30,649 nt of DNA from a virus. Taxonomy: Duplodnaviria > Caudoviricetes. Location: IMG/VR virus record IMGVR_UViG_3300006735_000134, positions 1 through 30,649 of that record, one strand, 5' to 3'. The position numbers were made by a program, and so were the translations under genes. Each line of letters starts with the position of its first letter. The first letter of the stretch is position 1. Shown here piece after piece: positions 1-9,717 of this stretch. The notes under the pieces are model-generated. The model saw nothing but the letters and a program-made list of their open reading frames with translations. It did no database searches and had not been told where the DNA came from.

Positions 1-1
1 T

Positions 2-2146
2 GATGTTAAGGTAGGTAGAATTGGTGCTACTTGTAATGGTAGATTGTCAAACTTTGTTACTTGTTCATCTACAACTGATTGTGGTGGAACTATAATAGAA
101 AGTATAGCTGCACCTAATGAAGCGTTAGTTTCGTCTGAATATGTAACTAGTCCTGGAAGTGATGGTAGTGATGTTTGTTCTTTAGTTGCAGATATACCAG
201 TTTATTATGTAGGATCAATTGTAGGTAATAATGTTGATAGTGAGGGTGCTACATTATATACCAACAAAAGTTCAACGAATCATATATTTAACCCGTTCGG
301 TGGAACAGGTAATTGGTATAAAATAATATTAACTGGATCTGATGGTAACCCTGCTGATTTTTATTGTAAGATATATGGAGAAGATATAGCTGGTGGATTT
401 GCAGTTGATGTAACGCCTTGTAATCAAAGTGTAGAAACTGGACAAGAGGGTGAAACTACATCTCAAACAAATGCTAATGCTACTGTAACATTAAGTATGT
501 CAACATCAGATGGTAATAATCAAGGTAAAGCATACGTAAGTCAAAGAACAGTATTAACAGCTTCGTCACAAAATATTACAAATCCATCTTATCAATGGAG
601 TAAAGCTAATTCAGGTGGTTCTTTATCAAATATTAGTGGTGCTACAAGTCAACAATTAGTTATAAATGAATCAGGTGGTGGGGGTGAAACACAAACATCT
701 ACTGGAACTAAAATATATAATTGTAGTGTTAGTGGTACTAGTGCTTCAAGTAACTTACAAATAATATGGGAGAATAGAACATCATATTCTGCTAAATATA
801 GTACGCAACCACCACCAAGTAAATCAGCTTGTAGTGGTACAGCTATTACTTTATATGCAGATAGAAATGGTGCAAATGAGTTTTGTTTAGCTACAGCTTT
901 CTTTGAAGATGCAACTGGTCAAACTCCAGCTACAACTGGAAGAACTTACTCTAATAGTACAAATGGTCAAAATGGTAGCTTTAGACAAGTATCAGGAAGT
1001 GGATCAACTTACACTTTAGGTAGTTGTGCTAATAATGATTGTACTGATCCTGTTGATCCTACTACTGGAACAATACAAAAATTAGCATTAACAAGATGTC
1101 CTAATCAAACTAATGCTGGTATTACTGAATATTTTGTGTTTAAAGATTTTAGTTATGGTGTAGGTACAATTTTACACTTAAAGAATTTTGGTCAAAGTGG
1201 TGGTGAGGGTTGTTATACAATAGCAACTCAATATGCAGATAATTTTACTATGCCTAGTGGTACTTATATAGTAGAAAGTGCTGACAAACTAAATTACATA
1301 GAAACATTACAACCTTATGGTAGTTGTACAGAATGTATTAATGACGCACAAGTAACTGAACCTGATTTAATTGATCCAAATAAATATTATGGTGCTTATA
1401 GATTATGTGGAGTGCCTGAAGGAACTTTACAATATGTAGTGTCTGATTCTGAGTTGCCACCAGTTTATAGAATTGGTGCTAATACAAACACTTGTAGAAA
1501 CTTAGCTATATCTGGTGATAGTGCTTATAATGAAAACGCTACTGTATTTGAAGATTTAGTTCCAACATCTTTTAATGATTGTGCAACTTGTTTAGCTGGT
1601 ACAACACCATCTTCAACTGGTCTTACAAATAAAAGAGTATATCAATTGTGTACTGACAACTCAGTAACTTTAGTTGTAGGAACATCAAGTGCAACTTATA
1701 CATTCCCTGATGTTATAAAATATCAAGAGTTAAGTTATTATAATCCACAATCATCTAGTGACGCAACTGTTATTAATGTAGAAGATTTGCTTACATATAG
1801 AGATTGTGACGCAGCAAACTATGTTCCACCAACTATAACACCTGATAGACCATCAAATATAAAAGTTATGAGAATATCATTAACTTCAGCACTTAATAGA
1901 ACATCAGCTTGTAATACTTTATACACTTATGGTTTAAATGTTTATTATGTAGGAACTTTTGGAGATAATACATATTTGTATTCAGATCCTAGTTTAAGTA
2001 CACTTTATGCACCAACAACAGAAACTGGTTTTAGAGTAAACGAAGATAGAAACGCATTTAAAATAGGGTTCACTGGTAACTCAGCAGGAGTTAGACCAGG
2101 AGCAGTATATAATTTTGGTTCTTGTTCTAACGTTGACATCTATTAA
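2..2146 (+). CDS. Large Cys/Ser/Thr/Gly-rich virion protein (tail fibre or adhesin-like), 5'-truncated by the window
   Basis: The frame is open from position 2 (DVKVGRIGATCNGRLSNFV...), so the TTG at 44 is probably not the true start. It has repeated Cys modules and an Ig-like segment (PSYQWSK...IYNCSVSG), and lies at the head of the tail gene block. Confidence 0.6.
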   Translation, partial: DVKVGRIGATCNGRLSNFVTCSSTTDCGGTIIESIAAPNEALVSSEYVTSPGSDGSDVCSLVADIPVYYVGSIVGNNVDSEGATLYTNKSSTNHIFNPFGGTGNWYKIILTGSDGNPADFYCKIYGEDIAGGFAVDVTPCNQSVETGQEGETTSQTNANATVTLSMSTSDGNNQGKAYVSQRTVLTASSQNITNPSYQWSKANSGGSLSNISGATSQQLVINESGGGGETQTSTGTKIYNCSVSGTSASSNLQIIWENRTSYSAKYSTQPPPSKSACSGTAITLYADRNGANEFCLATAFFEDATGQTPATTGRTYSNSTNGQNGSFRQVSGSGSTYTLGSCANNDCTDPVDPTTGTIQKLALTRCPNQTNAGITEYFVFKDFSYGVGTILHLKNFGQSGGEGCYTIATQYADNFTMPSGTYIVESADKLNYIETLQPYGSCTECINDAQVTEPDLIDPNKYYGAYRLCGVPEGTLQYVVSDSELPPVYRIGANTNTCRNLAISGDSAYNENATVFEDLVPTSFNDCATCLAGTTPSSTGLTNKRVYQLCTDNSVTLVVGTSSATYTFPDVIKYQELSYYNPQSSSDATVINVEDLLTYRDCDAANYVPPTITPDRPSNIKVMRISLTSALNRTSACNTLYTYGLNVYYVGTFGDNTYLYSDPSLSTLYAPTTETGFRVNEDRNAFKIGFTGNSAGVRPGAVYNFGSCSNVDIY

Positions 2147-2171
2147 TACTATTTTTGTTTTTTAGGTTATA
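2146..2171 (+). promoter_or_regulatory. Weak candidate late promoter (ATACT-N15-GTTATA)
   Basis: GTTATA at 2166-2171 just upstream of ATG 2186; the upstream element is a degenerate version of the AACA seen at 8452, 9861 and 12521. Confidence 0.35.
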
Positions 2172-2185
2172 TTAAAAAAGATAAG

Positions 2186-3259
2186 ATGGCTACATTAACA
2201 AGTTCTACATTAAAGTTATATTGTTGGACTGGTCAATTCGAAAGTGATAGACCAACCACAGCACAATATACAATTACAAAATCTAACCCTGATTCTAACA
2301 ATACAGTAAGATTTGAAATATCTGAACTTGTACAAGATTTTATTAATATTACATTTAATGATGATTATAGTACAATAGATACTTCTTGTTGGTGGTATTA
2401 CACTAAAACAAATACATATAGTGATTTATCAACTCCTACTTCTACTACTGAATATGGATTAGCAACAAAAGGTTACACTTATTTTGAAGATGGATTTAAC
2501 TCATCATTAAGTTCTAGTAAATTAATATCAAATGAATATTTGTATATTCCAAAAAACATAAAATATTACATACCAATATATTTAGGACCTGGTGGTGTAA
2601 CAAATGTAATATATTACACTAAAGATGCTTTAGGTAATGAAACGCAAGCAGGAAGTCAATCTTTTACACCATACAATCAAATACCTACTACGGAAAGTTC
2701 TTCTGATTACATACAATATGTAGAATCAGCAATACAAGCAAGTAAGATAGAAATTATATCTAGCAATACATCAGCTTCAACTTACTCGTCTATAACATCA
2801 ATAGCAAAAGAAACAATATACCCTATATTTGTTTGTAATACAAAATACACAAATCACAAGGTTTCTTTTATAAATAAATTTGGTGCAATACAAGATTTGT
2901 ACTTTAACAAAAAAAGACAAGATAGATTAAGTGTAGAAAAAGATAATTTTGTTACAAGTACAATCAGATCAACAACAAACTCTGCTACTTACGATACATT
3001 TACCCCATCTAACATTGTTCAAGATGTAGCTTCAACAAAATCTATAACTTTAAACACTGGTTATTTAAGAGAAGAATATAATGAAACAATAAGACAATTA
3101 TTACAATCAGAAAATATATGGATTAGAGAAAATAATCTTACTTTACCAATATTAGTTAAAGACTCTAATTTTCAATATAAAACAAGTGTAAATGATAAAT
3201 TAGTTAATTACACTATAAACTTTGAATTTGCATTTGATGGTATCAATAATATTAGATAA
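2186..3259 (+). CDS. Tail/baseplate structural protein (distal-tail-like)
   Basis: 357 aa. The C-terminal 'FINKFGAIQDLYF...ITLNTGYL...QLLQSENIWI' motif is one I recognise from Bacteroidota siphophage tail genes. Coupled to the next gene by TAATG. Confidence 0.6.
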   Translation: MATLTSSTLKLYCWTGQFESDRPTTAQYTITKSNPDSNNTVRFEISELVQDFINITFNDDYSTIDTSCWWYYTKTNTYSDLSTPTSTTEYGLATKGYTYFEDGFNSSLSSSKLISNEYLYIPKNIKYYIPIYLGPGGVTNVIYYTKDALGNETQAGSQSFTPYNQIPTTESSSDYIQYVESAIQASKIEIISSNTSASTYSSITSIAKETIYPIFVCNTKYTNHKVSFINKFGAIQDLYFNKKRQDRLSVEKDNFVTSTIRSTTNSATYDTFTPSNIVQDVASTKSITLNTGYLREEYNETIRQLLQSENIWIRENNLTLPILVKDSNFQYKTSVNDKLVNYTINFEFAFDGINNIR

Positions 3260-6240
3260 TGAACCAAAAAATACAACTATACATAGAGAACGAACAAGTT
3301 GATGTATTTCAAGATGGTTCTATTAATATTGTAAGTAGTATTAAGGACTTTAGAGAACCTGATAAAATATTTACTGATTTTTCTCGTAATTTTAATTTAC
3401 CAGCTACTTCTAGGAACAACAAGTTATTTAAACATTATTACAATTATGATCTTGTTGGAAATAATTTTGACGCTAGATCATCTAAACAAGCAAGAATTGA
3501 AATAAATGATAGACCATATAAAGATGGTTATATAACACTAGAAAGTGTTAAACTTAAATTTAATAAACCTAGTTCATATAAAGTAACTTTTTATGGTAAC
3601 TTAAAATTACTTAAGGAATTATTTAACAATGTTAAGTTGACAAACTTAGAATGGTTAGAAAGATTTAATATTAATGATAGTCATTATGATTCTAGTGGTG
3701 ATTCATTTTATCATTATTTAACACAAACAAAAGACTATACTTCTAATGATGAATTTACTATTGGAACTGGTGATGGTGTAACAAAAAGATTTAGATTACT
3801 ATATTCTCCATATCCACAATTAGATACAGATTTTAAGTTGTATAACGCAGGATCTGAAGTTGCTACAAGTAATTTTTCTTATTCTTATACATCAGGAGAT
3901 GTTACGTTTAATACTGCTCCTAATGCTGGTAATACTATAACTACAAAATTGTTTTATACACAACCAATTATTGTTCCTTTAATATCTACTTCTGAAAGAT
4001 TGTATTACACAAACAATGCTAATTTTTATGGTGTGATAAGTGATGGTAATTTATATTACAATTCAAGCAACTATCCACTAAACAACCAAATAAATGGATT
4101 AAAGTTTGAACATCTAAAACCTGGTCTTAGAGTGCATTTAGTTTTACGTGCAATAGAGCAAAAAATAAATCGTGATCCTAATACGCCAAACATAGAATTT
4201 TCTAATGACTTTTTTAATGCTAGTAATAAAGATTATTACAATTTATATATGTGGCTAAATAAAGACAAAAAAGCTAATACATTATTTAGTGAGGGTGATA
4301 AAGAAATTAAAGTAAATTCATTTAATATTTCTAGTAATACAATAGCATTATATCAAGATGCTACTAATCAAGGTTTATTAGAAATATCATCTGTAAATTC
4401 ATCAGGTCTAACAGGTACTCAATCAGGTGACACAATTATTGTAAGAAACTCAACAGCTGAAAATATAGATTATATAGAATGTAGGTTTAGAGTTTTTACT
4501 AGTGATACTTCTAATGCTTTTGGTTTAAGAGTATATAGAAATGGATCAGTTATTAGAACGTTTGAACCAGCTGTTGGTAATGGTACATCAAAAGATTATG
4601 ATTTTTACGTAGAACAAGATGGAGATTATCAATTTGAATTATTCTCATCAACAGGTTTGACTATTAATAATGGTTTTGAAGCTAAGTTTGTTATAGCTGG
4701 AGATAGAGATGATGAAGAATATAATGATGTAATAATTAGTGGTGGTGCTTTAACATTTAACAAAGGTAAATTTAGTATATCTAAAAATATGCCTGAGATG
4801 AATGTAATAGAATTTTTATCTGGTTTATTTAAAATGTTTAATCTAGTTTGTTTTGTAGAAAATACAGAAAGTAGTAGTTATAGTACGACTCAATCTAATA
4901 TGAAAAGAATTAGAGTTATGACATATGATTCATACTATGCTTCATCTAGTTCAGAATTAGATATAACAAGTAAAGTAGATACTTCTGAAAGTAGTGTAGA
5001 AAGGTTGATGCCATATTCACAAATAGAATTTAAGTATGAAGATACTCAAGCAGTCCTTGCAGAACAACATAGATCTGACTTTGGATTAGAATGGGGTGGA
5101 GAAAGTTGGACATATAGTGATTCAAGAGGTGAGCAAAAGTATGAAATAATTCCACCTTTTTCACACTTAAAATATGAAAGGTTATTATTGACTGATGGTA
5201 CAACACCATCTTCATTACAAGTAGGTTTTAGTGTTAAAAGAAGTAATGCAGAAAGAAACGTTGCTATTGGTGGTGGTAGTACAGCTGGATTTAAATCATT
5301 CCAAGAAGAAAAATATAGTCCTCATTTTAGTAAGAAACCATTATTGTTTTACGCACATAGAGAAACTAGTGGTACACAAATACCATATGTATATACTGAT
5401 GTAAATAACAACGCAGTTTTTTATGGTGCTATTACAACTTATTTTATACCATTAAATTCAGTTGATATAAATACATCACAATCTAATCATTTTGGAGAAG
5501 AGGTAGATGAGTATAGAGTTTATAATGCTAATGAGCAAAGTAACGTAAACAATTTATTTAATATATATTACAAAAACTATATTGAACATTTATTTGATGT
5601 AAAGTCAAGATTGATAAAAATAAATGCAAATTTAACTAATGCTTTTATATCTAAATATTCGTTAGCTGACAAAATTAGAATACTAGATAAAACATTTAGT
5701 ATAAACAAAATTGATATAGATTTACAAAATGGACAATCAAAATTAGAGTTGCAAAGGTATTATGATGTAGTTTCTTTTGATTGTTTAGCACTAAACTTTA
5801 ATGCTAGAGTAGAGGTTACATCAAGTGGTAATGCTTATGTATTTGATAACAAGTATGGTACATATCAAATGGGGTTAGGTACTTATATAATGAATGATGT
5901 TCCATCAGCTCACCCAATTGCATTTCACAACTTTGGTAAAGAAAGTAGAATTACTTACACAGGTACAGCAAGTGGTGGTACAAAAACTGGGTTAGATGGT
6001 AATACATATACATACTATTATGGTAACGTTACTATAACTGTTGCTGGTGATTTTGGTACAATGAGTTACGAGTGTTATAATCACGGGTATATGGGGGGAG
6101 AAAATAATCTAGTTTATAATGCAGATTGTTTAACGTCTACAACGCCACCAGCACCACCAGTAGTAGGAAACTTAACAGTAGATGCGACTGATATTTATGT
6201 AGATAGTGCAATAATTACGTCAGATCAAACAGATGAATAA
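3259..6240 (+). CDS. Large tail tip/hub protein with an inserted Ig-like module and a C-terminal cupredoxin-like domain
   Basis: 993 aa. N-terminal 'IKDFREPDKIFTDFSRNFNLPATSRNNKLFKH' is typical of Bacteroidota phage tail proteins. It contains a 'GTGDGVTKRF...GDVTFNTAP' module and a C-terminal 'HPIAF...YECYNHGYMGG' motif. Confidence 0.65.
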   Translation: MNQKIQLYIENEQVDVFQDGSINIVSSIKDFREPDKIFTDFSRNFNLPATSRNNKLFKHYYNYDLVGNNFDARSSKQARIEINDRPYKDGYITLESVKLKFNKPSSYKVTFYGNLKLLKELFNNVKLTNLEWLERFNINDSHYDSSGDSFYHYLTQTKDYTSNDEFTIGTGDGVTKRFRLLYSPYPQLDTDFKLYNAGSEVATSNFSYSYTSGDVTFNTAPNAGNTITTKLFYTQPIIVPLISTSERLYYTNNANFYGVISDGNLYYNSSNYPLNNQINGLKFEHLKPGLRVHLVLRAIEQKINRDPNTPNIEFSNDFFNASNKDYYNLYMWLNKDKKANTLFSEGDKEIKVNSFNISSNTIALYQDATNQGLLEISSVNSSGLTGTQSGDTIIVRNSTAENIDYIECRFRVFTSDTSNAFGLRVYRNGSVIRTFEPAVGNGTSKDYDFYVEQDGDYQFELFSSTGLTINNGFEAKFVIAGDRDDEEYNDVIISGGALTFNKGKFSISKNMPEMNVIEFLSGLFKMFNLVCFVENTESSSYSTTQSNMKRIRVMTYDSYYASSSSELDITSKVDTSESSVERLMPYSQIEFKYEDTQAVLAEQHRSDFGLEWGGESWTYSDSRGEQKYEIIPPFSHLKYERLLLTDGTTPSSLQVGFSVKRSNAERNVAIGGGSTAGFKSFQEEKYSPHFSKKPLLFYAHRETSGTQIPYVYTDVNNNAVFYGAITTYFIPLNSVDINTSQSNHFGEEVDEYRVYNANEQSNVNNLFNIYYKNYIEHLFDVKSRLIKINANLTNAFISKYSLADKIRILDKTFSINKIDIDLQNGQSKLELQRYYDVVSFDCLALNFNARVEVTSSGNAYVFDNKYGTYQMGLGTYIMNDVPSAHPIAFHNFGKESRITYTGTASGGTKTGLDGNTYTYYYGNVTITVAGDFGTMSYECYNHGYMGGENNLVYNADCLTSTTPPAPPVVGNLTVDATDIYVDSAIITSDQTDE

Positions 6241-6389
6241 TGATTAGAAATTTAATAGAGTTATTAAAGTTAGACGATCACTATGGTATTAGTGAGAGAG
6301 TAGATATTGCTAAAGGTAAATACAAAGCAAAGAAAAATATGAAAGAAGTTCGTGAACATTTTAAGAGAGTAATCAATGGCAAAGGGTAA
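6240..6389 (+). CDS. Small hypothetical protein (49 aa), not in the ORF track
   Basis: MIRNLIELLKLDDHYGISERVDIAKGKYKAKKNMKEVREHFKRVINGKG. Starts in a TAATG overlap, fills the gap and overlaps the tape measure start. Confidence 0.65.
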   Translation: MIRNLIELLKLDDHYGISERVDIAKGKYKAKKNMKEVREHFKRVINGKG

Positions 6390-8451
6390 AGAATTAATTT
6401 ATACTATAAGGGTTATTGACAAAAGTAAAGTTGTCATTGACGAATTAGGTCAAGAGGTAGAAACACTTGAACAGGCATTTGTTCAGATCAATGGAGAAAT
6501 ACAAAAGACCGATACGCTTCTTGAGGGAACTGCATCTAGTTTCGAAAAGCAAATAAGAACACTAAAACAACAAAGAGATTCTTTAGCTAAAAACTCTGTT
6601 GAATATGGTAAGTATAATGCAAAGATTGCACAAGTAGAAGCTGAGTTACGTAAACTTACAACTACTACTAAAAGTCAAGATCAAGTAAATGCTGATATGA
6701 TTGCAAACACTGGTCTTGCATCTAATACTATTGTAGAATTTGGTAGAACAATATCTGATGCACCATTTGGTATTATTGGTGTAACAAACAACTTATCAAA
6801 CTTAGCTAACAACTTTGAGATACTTAGTGGTAAAGTTGGTGGTACACAAAATGTATTGACTTTATTAAAACGTCAATTAATGAAAGGTGGTGCTTTTGTA
6901 TTAGCAATACAAGGTGTACTTGCATTATTAACATTCTTTAGAGATGATATTGAAAAATTAGTAGCTTCTATATTTGGTGGTAGTAAAAAAATAAAAGAGG
7001 GTATGGTTTCAATAAAAGACGAAGCAATTGCTAGTCGAGCAGCACTTGAAAGATACCTACAAATATTAGATGATGTAACTGCTTCACAACAAGATCAAGC
7101 AACTGCTTTAGATGCACTACTAAGAGGTAACAAAGAATTAAATGACGCACTAGATGAACAACTTATTAGTGGTGAAAAAAGAAGAGAACTATCTAAAGAG
7201 TTTTTTGAATTACAATTAGACTTCTCTACAAAAAGCAACGAACTTAATGACCAATTAGAAAAGTTTAATGCAAAAGATTTGAAAGCATTTGAACGTAAAA
7301 AAGGTAGAATAGCAACTCTAAAACAAGAAAATATAGAACTACAAAAAACAGTAGATTCTCGTAGAGCTGAGGGAACACTTACAGTAAGCACAGAAGCTAG
7401 GGTAAAAAATATTATTAGAGGTAATGATATTAGAATTGGTCAAATGGAAGCAACCATAGCTAAAAGAGATATAGATTTAAACTTATTAAATCAAGTTATA
7501 GATGGTGAAAGACAATTAAATGAATTTGTAGATGAAAGAATAAAAAAGTTTGGTGATATAGAACCGATTGACGATAATCTATTTGAATCACTAAATGATG
7601 ATGTATTAGAGGACGATAGAAATATAATAGAAAGATTACTTGATCCTAATGATGAATTAAAAGATGGATTTGATGCAATTAGATTTGCTGAAGAAAGTGG
7701 TCTAGAGGGTGCGTTAAATGATCTGAATAATTTTATGAAAGAGTATCAAGGAGAAAATGCTCTTGAAAGAATAAACTTAGCACAACAAGAAGCATTAAAT
7801 GAATTAAATATTTTATATGATGCACAAGAAGAAGAATTAGGTAGTAGAATAGGATTTAATGAAGATGTAACTAAAGTAGAACAATTTTATGCTGAACAAA
7901 GAGCTAAAATATCTGAAAAGGAAAATCAAGCAAAAGCAAAAAGTTTACGAGTATCAGCTCAAGCAGCAGTTCAAGTAGGTAAGTTATTACAACAATTAGC
8001 AGGAGAAAATAAAACATTAGCAATAGCAGGAGTGGTTGTAGAAAAAGCTGGTGCAATAGCAAAAATTATAGCTAATAAAAATATAGCTGACGCAGCTGCA
8101 TTACCACTTCTATCTAATCCTCTAACAGCATCACTCGGAACAGCTTTACTTACAACTAATAAAATTACAGCTACAACAGGTGTAATTGCAACAACAGCAT
8201 CAGCAGTTCAAGCTATTAAAGAAATACGTAATCCTGAGAGTGCTACTTCAAGTGGTGCAATAGTTGGTAATGCACCAACACCTTTAGTACAAGCACCATC
8301 ATTTAATGTAGTGGGTGCAACACAAACTAGTCAACTTGCACAAACTATTGCTGGAGCTGAAGAGAAACCTATAAAAGCATTTGTAGTAGAAAGCGAAATA
8401 ACAACAGCACAACAATTAGCAAGATCAGTTATAGTTAATTCTTCTATATAA
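6376..8451 (+). CDS. Tail tape measure protein
   Basis: 691 aa, helical/coiled-coil, with Ala/Gly-rich hydrophobic segments ('SDAPFGIIGVTNNL', 'AFVLAIQGVLALL') and the C-terminal 'PSFNVVG...PIKAFVVESEIT' motif. Confidence 0.8.
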   Translation: MAKGKELIYTIRVIDKSKVVIDELGQEVETLEQAFVQINGEIQKTDTLLEGTASSFEKQIRTLKQQRDSLAKNSVEYGKYNAKIAQVEAELRKLTTTTKSQDQVNADMIANTGLASNTIVEFGRTISDAPFGIIGVTNNLSNLANNFEILSGKVGGTQNVLTLLKRQLMKGGAFVLAIQGVLALLTFFRDDIEKLVASIFGGSKKIKEGMVSIKDEAIASRAALERYLQILDDVTASQQDQATALDALLRGNKELNDALDEQLISGEKRRELSKEFFELQLDFSTKSNELNDQLEKFNAKDLKAFERKKGRIATLKQENIELQKTVDSRRAEGTLTVSTEARVKNIIRGNDIRIGQMEATIAKRDIDLNLLNQVIDGERQLNEFVDERIKKFGDIEPIDDNLFESLNDDVLEDDRNIIERLLDPNDELKDGFDAIRFAEESGLEGALNDLNNFMKEYQGENALERINLAQQEALNELNILYDAQEEELGSRIGFNEDVTKVEQFYAEQRAKISEKENQAKAKSLRVSAQAAVQVGKLLQQLAGENKTLAIAGVVVEKAGAIAKIIANKNIADAAALPLLSNPLTASLGTALLTTNKITATTGVIATTASAVQAIKEIRNPESATSSGAIVGNAPTPLVQAPSFNVVGATQTSQLAQTIAGAEEKPIKAFVVESEITTAQQLARSVIVNSSI

Positions 8452-8477
8452 AACAAAAAAATAAAACTTAAGTTATA
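8452..8477 (+). promoter_or_regulatory. Candidate late (ECF-type) promoter AACA-N16-GTTATA
   Basis: AACA at 8452-8455 and GTTATA at 8472-8477; shares ACTTAAGTTATA with the site at 9874-9885. Confidence 0.6.
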
Positions 8478-8482
8478 ATAAT

Positions 8483-9664
8483 ATGGAAAATGTAATAGAG
8501 TTAATCATTGATGAAAATAATGAGATAAGTGGAATAGAAGCAATATCTATTGTAGAAAACCCAGCTATTGAAGAAGATTTTATAGCACTTAAAGAACATA
8601 AAGAAGTTAGATTAGCAGAAGTAGATGGTGAGAAAAGAATTCTTATGGGACCTGCATTAATACCTAATAAAAAGATATTTAGAAAAGGTGCAGATGATAA
8701 TGAAGATTATTACATATACTTTAGCGAAAATACTGTTCGTAAAGCATCAGAGTTATTCTTTATAAAAAGCAAACAAAACAATTCAACATATGAGCATCAG
8801 ATCGAGTTAAATGGAATGAGTGTTGTAGAGTCTTGGATTGTTGATGATCCAACTAACGATAAATCTAATGCTTATGGTTTTGACTTACCAAAAGGAAGTT
8901 GGGTTGTATCTATGAAAGTATTAAATGATGATGTATGGGAAAGAGTAAAAAATGAAGAGGTTAAAGGTTTTTCAATAGAGGGATTCTTTGCTGACAAGAT
9001 GGAAAGACCAAAAGAAAGTATAGAAGAAAAAGCGTGTGATAGTTGTTTAGATGAGTTGAACGCACACTTTGACTTAATGGAAGCACTATCAGCTTTAGAA
9101 GAAGAAGTAGATTTAGAAAGTTATGGTGGTTACCCACAATCAGCTAAGAACAATGCAAAAAGAGGTATTGATCTGAACAAGAAACTAAACAACAAGTGTG
9201 CAACACAAGTTGGTAAAGTAAGAGCGCAGCAATTAGCTAGAGGAGAAAAATTTACATTATCAACACTTAAAAGAATATATTCTTATTTATCAAGAGCAAG
9301 TGCATATTATGATCCAGGGAATAATGAAGCGTGTGGAACAATTTCATATTTATTATGGGGTGGTAAATCAATGTTAAATTGGACTACTTCTAAATTAAAA
9401 GGTCTTGATGCAATAGAAGCATCAGCTATCATTATAGATGGTAGAGCAGCGTACTCAACGAAAGAAGAAGCTGAGAAAGCTGCAGAAGATATGGGTTGTT
9501 CAGGGTATCATACACACGAATTAGATGGTGATGTTTGGTATATGCCTTGTGAGGAACACAATCTCAAAGACAAAGATGATCCTTGTCAATCAGGATATGA
9601 GCAAATAGGTATGAAAACCAAGAATGGTGTGAAAGTTCCTAATTGTGTTCCAATAAAAAATTAA
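8483..9664 (+). CDS. XkdF-like prohead protease with C-terminal accessory modules
   Basis: 'AISIVENPAIE...LMGPALIPNK...TYEH...VESW...GSWVVSMKV...KGFSIEG' matches the XkdF-type phage serine protease; it lies upstream of scaffold and capsid genes. Confidence 0.8.
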   Translation: MENVIELIIDENNEISGIEAISIVENPAIEEDFIALKEHKEVRLAEVDGEKRILMGPALIPNKKIFRKGADDNEDYYIYFSENTVRKASELFFIKSKQNNSTYEHQIELNGMSVVESWIVDDPTNDKSNAYGFDLPKGSWVVSMKVLNDDVWERVKNEEVKGFSIEGFFADKMERPKESIEEKACDSCLDELNAHFDLMEALSALEEEVDLESYGGYPQSAKNNAKRGIDLNKKLNNKCATQVGKVRAQQLARGEKFTLSTLKRIYSYLSRASAYYDPGNNEACGTISYLLWGGKSMLNWTTSKLKGLDAIEASAIIIDGRAAYSTKEEAEKAAEDMGCSGYHTHELDGDVWYMPCEEHNLKDKDDPCQSGYEQIGMKTKNGVKVPNCVPIKN

Positions 9665-9669
9665 TAATT

Positions 9670-9717
9670 ATGCCAGGTAAACATAAATACAAGAAAAAGA
9701 AAACCAAGAAAAGATGA
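9670..9717 (+). CDS. Possible 15-aa basic micro-peptide
   Basis: MPGKHKYKKKKTKKR; starts 5 nt after the protease stop, and its TGA overlaps the next ATG (ATGA). Confidence 0.35.
   Translation: MPGKHKYKKKKTKKR

Noticed and set aside
6240-6389. Tail assembly chaperone with programmed -1 frameshift before the tape measure gene
   Set aside because: Only one 49-aa ORF is present, with no convincing slippery heptamer or second frame.
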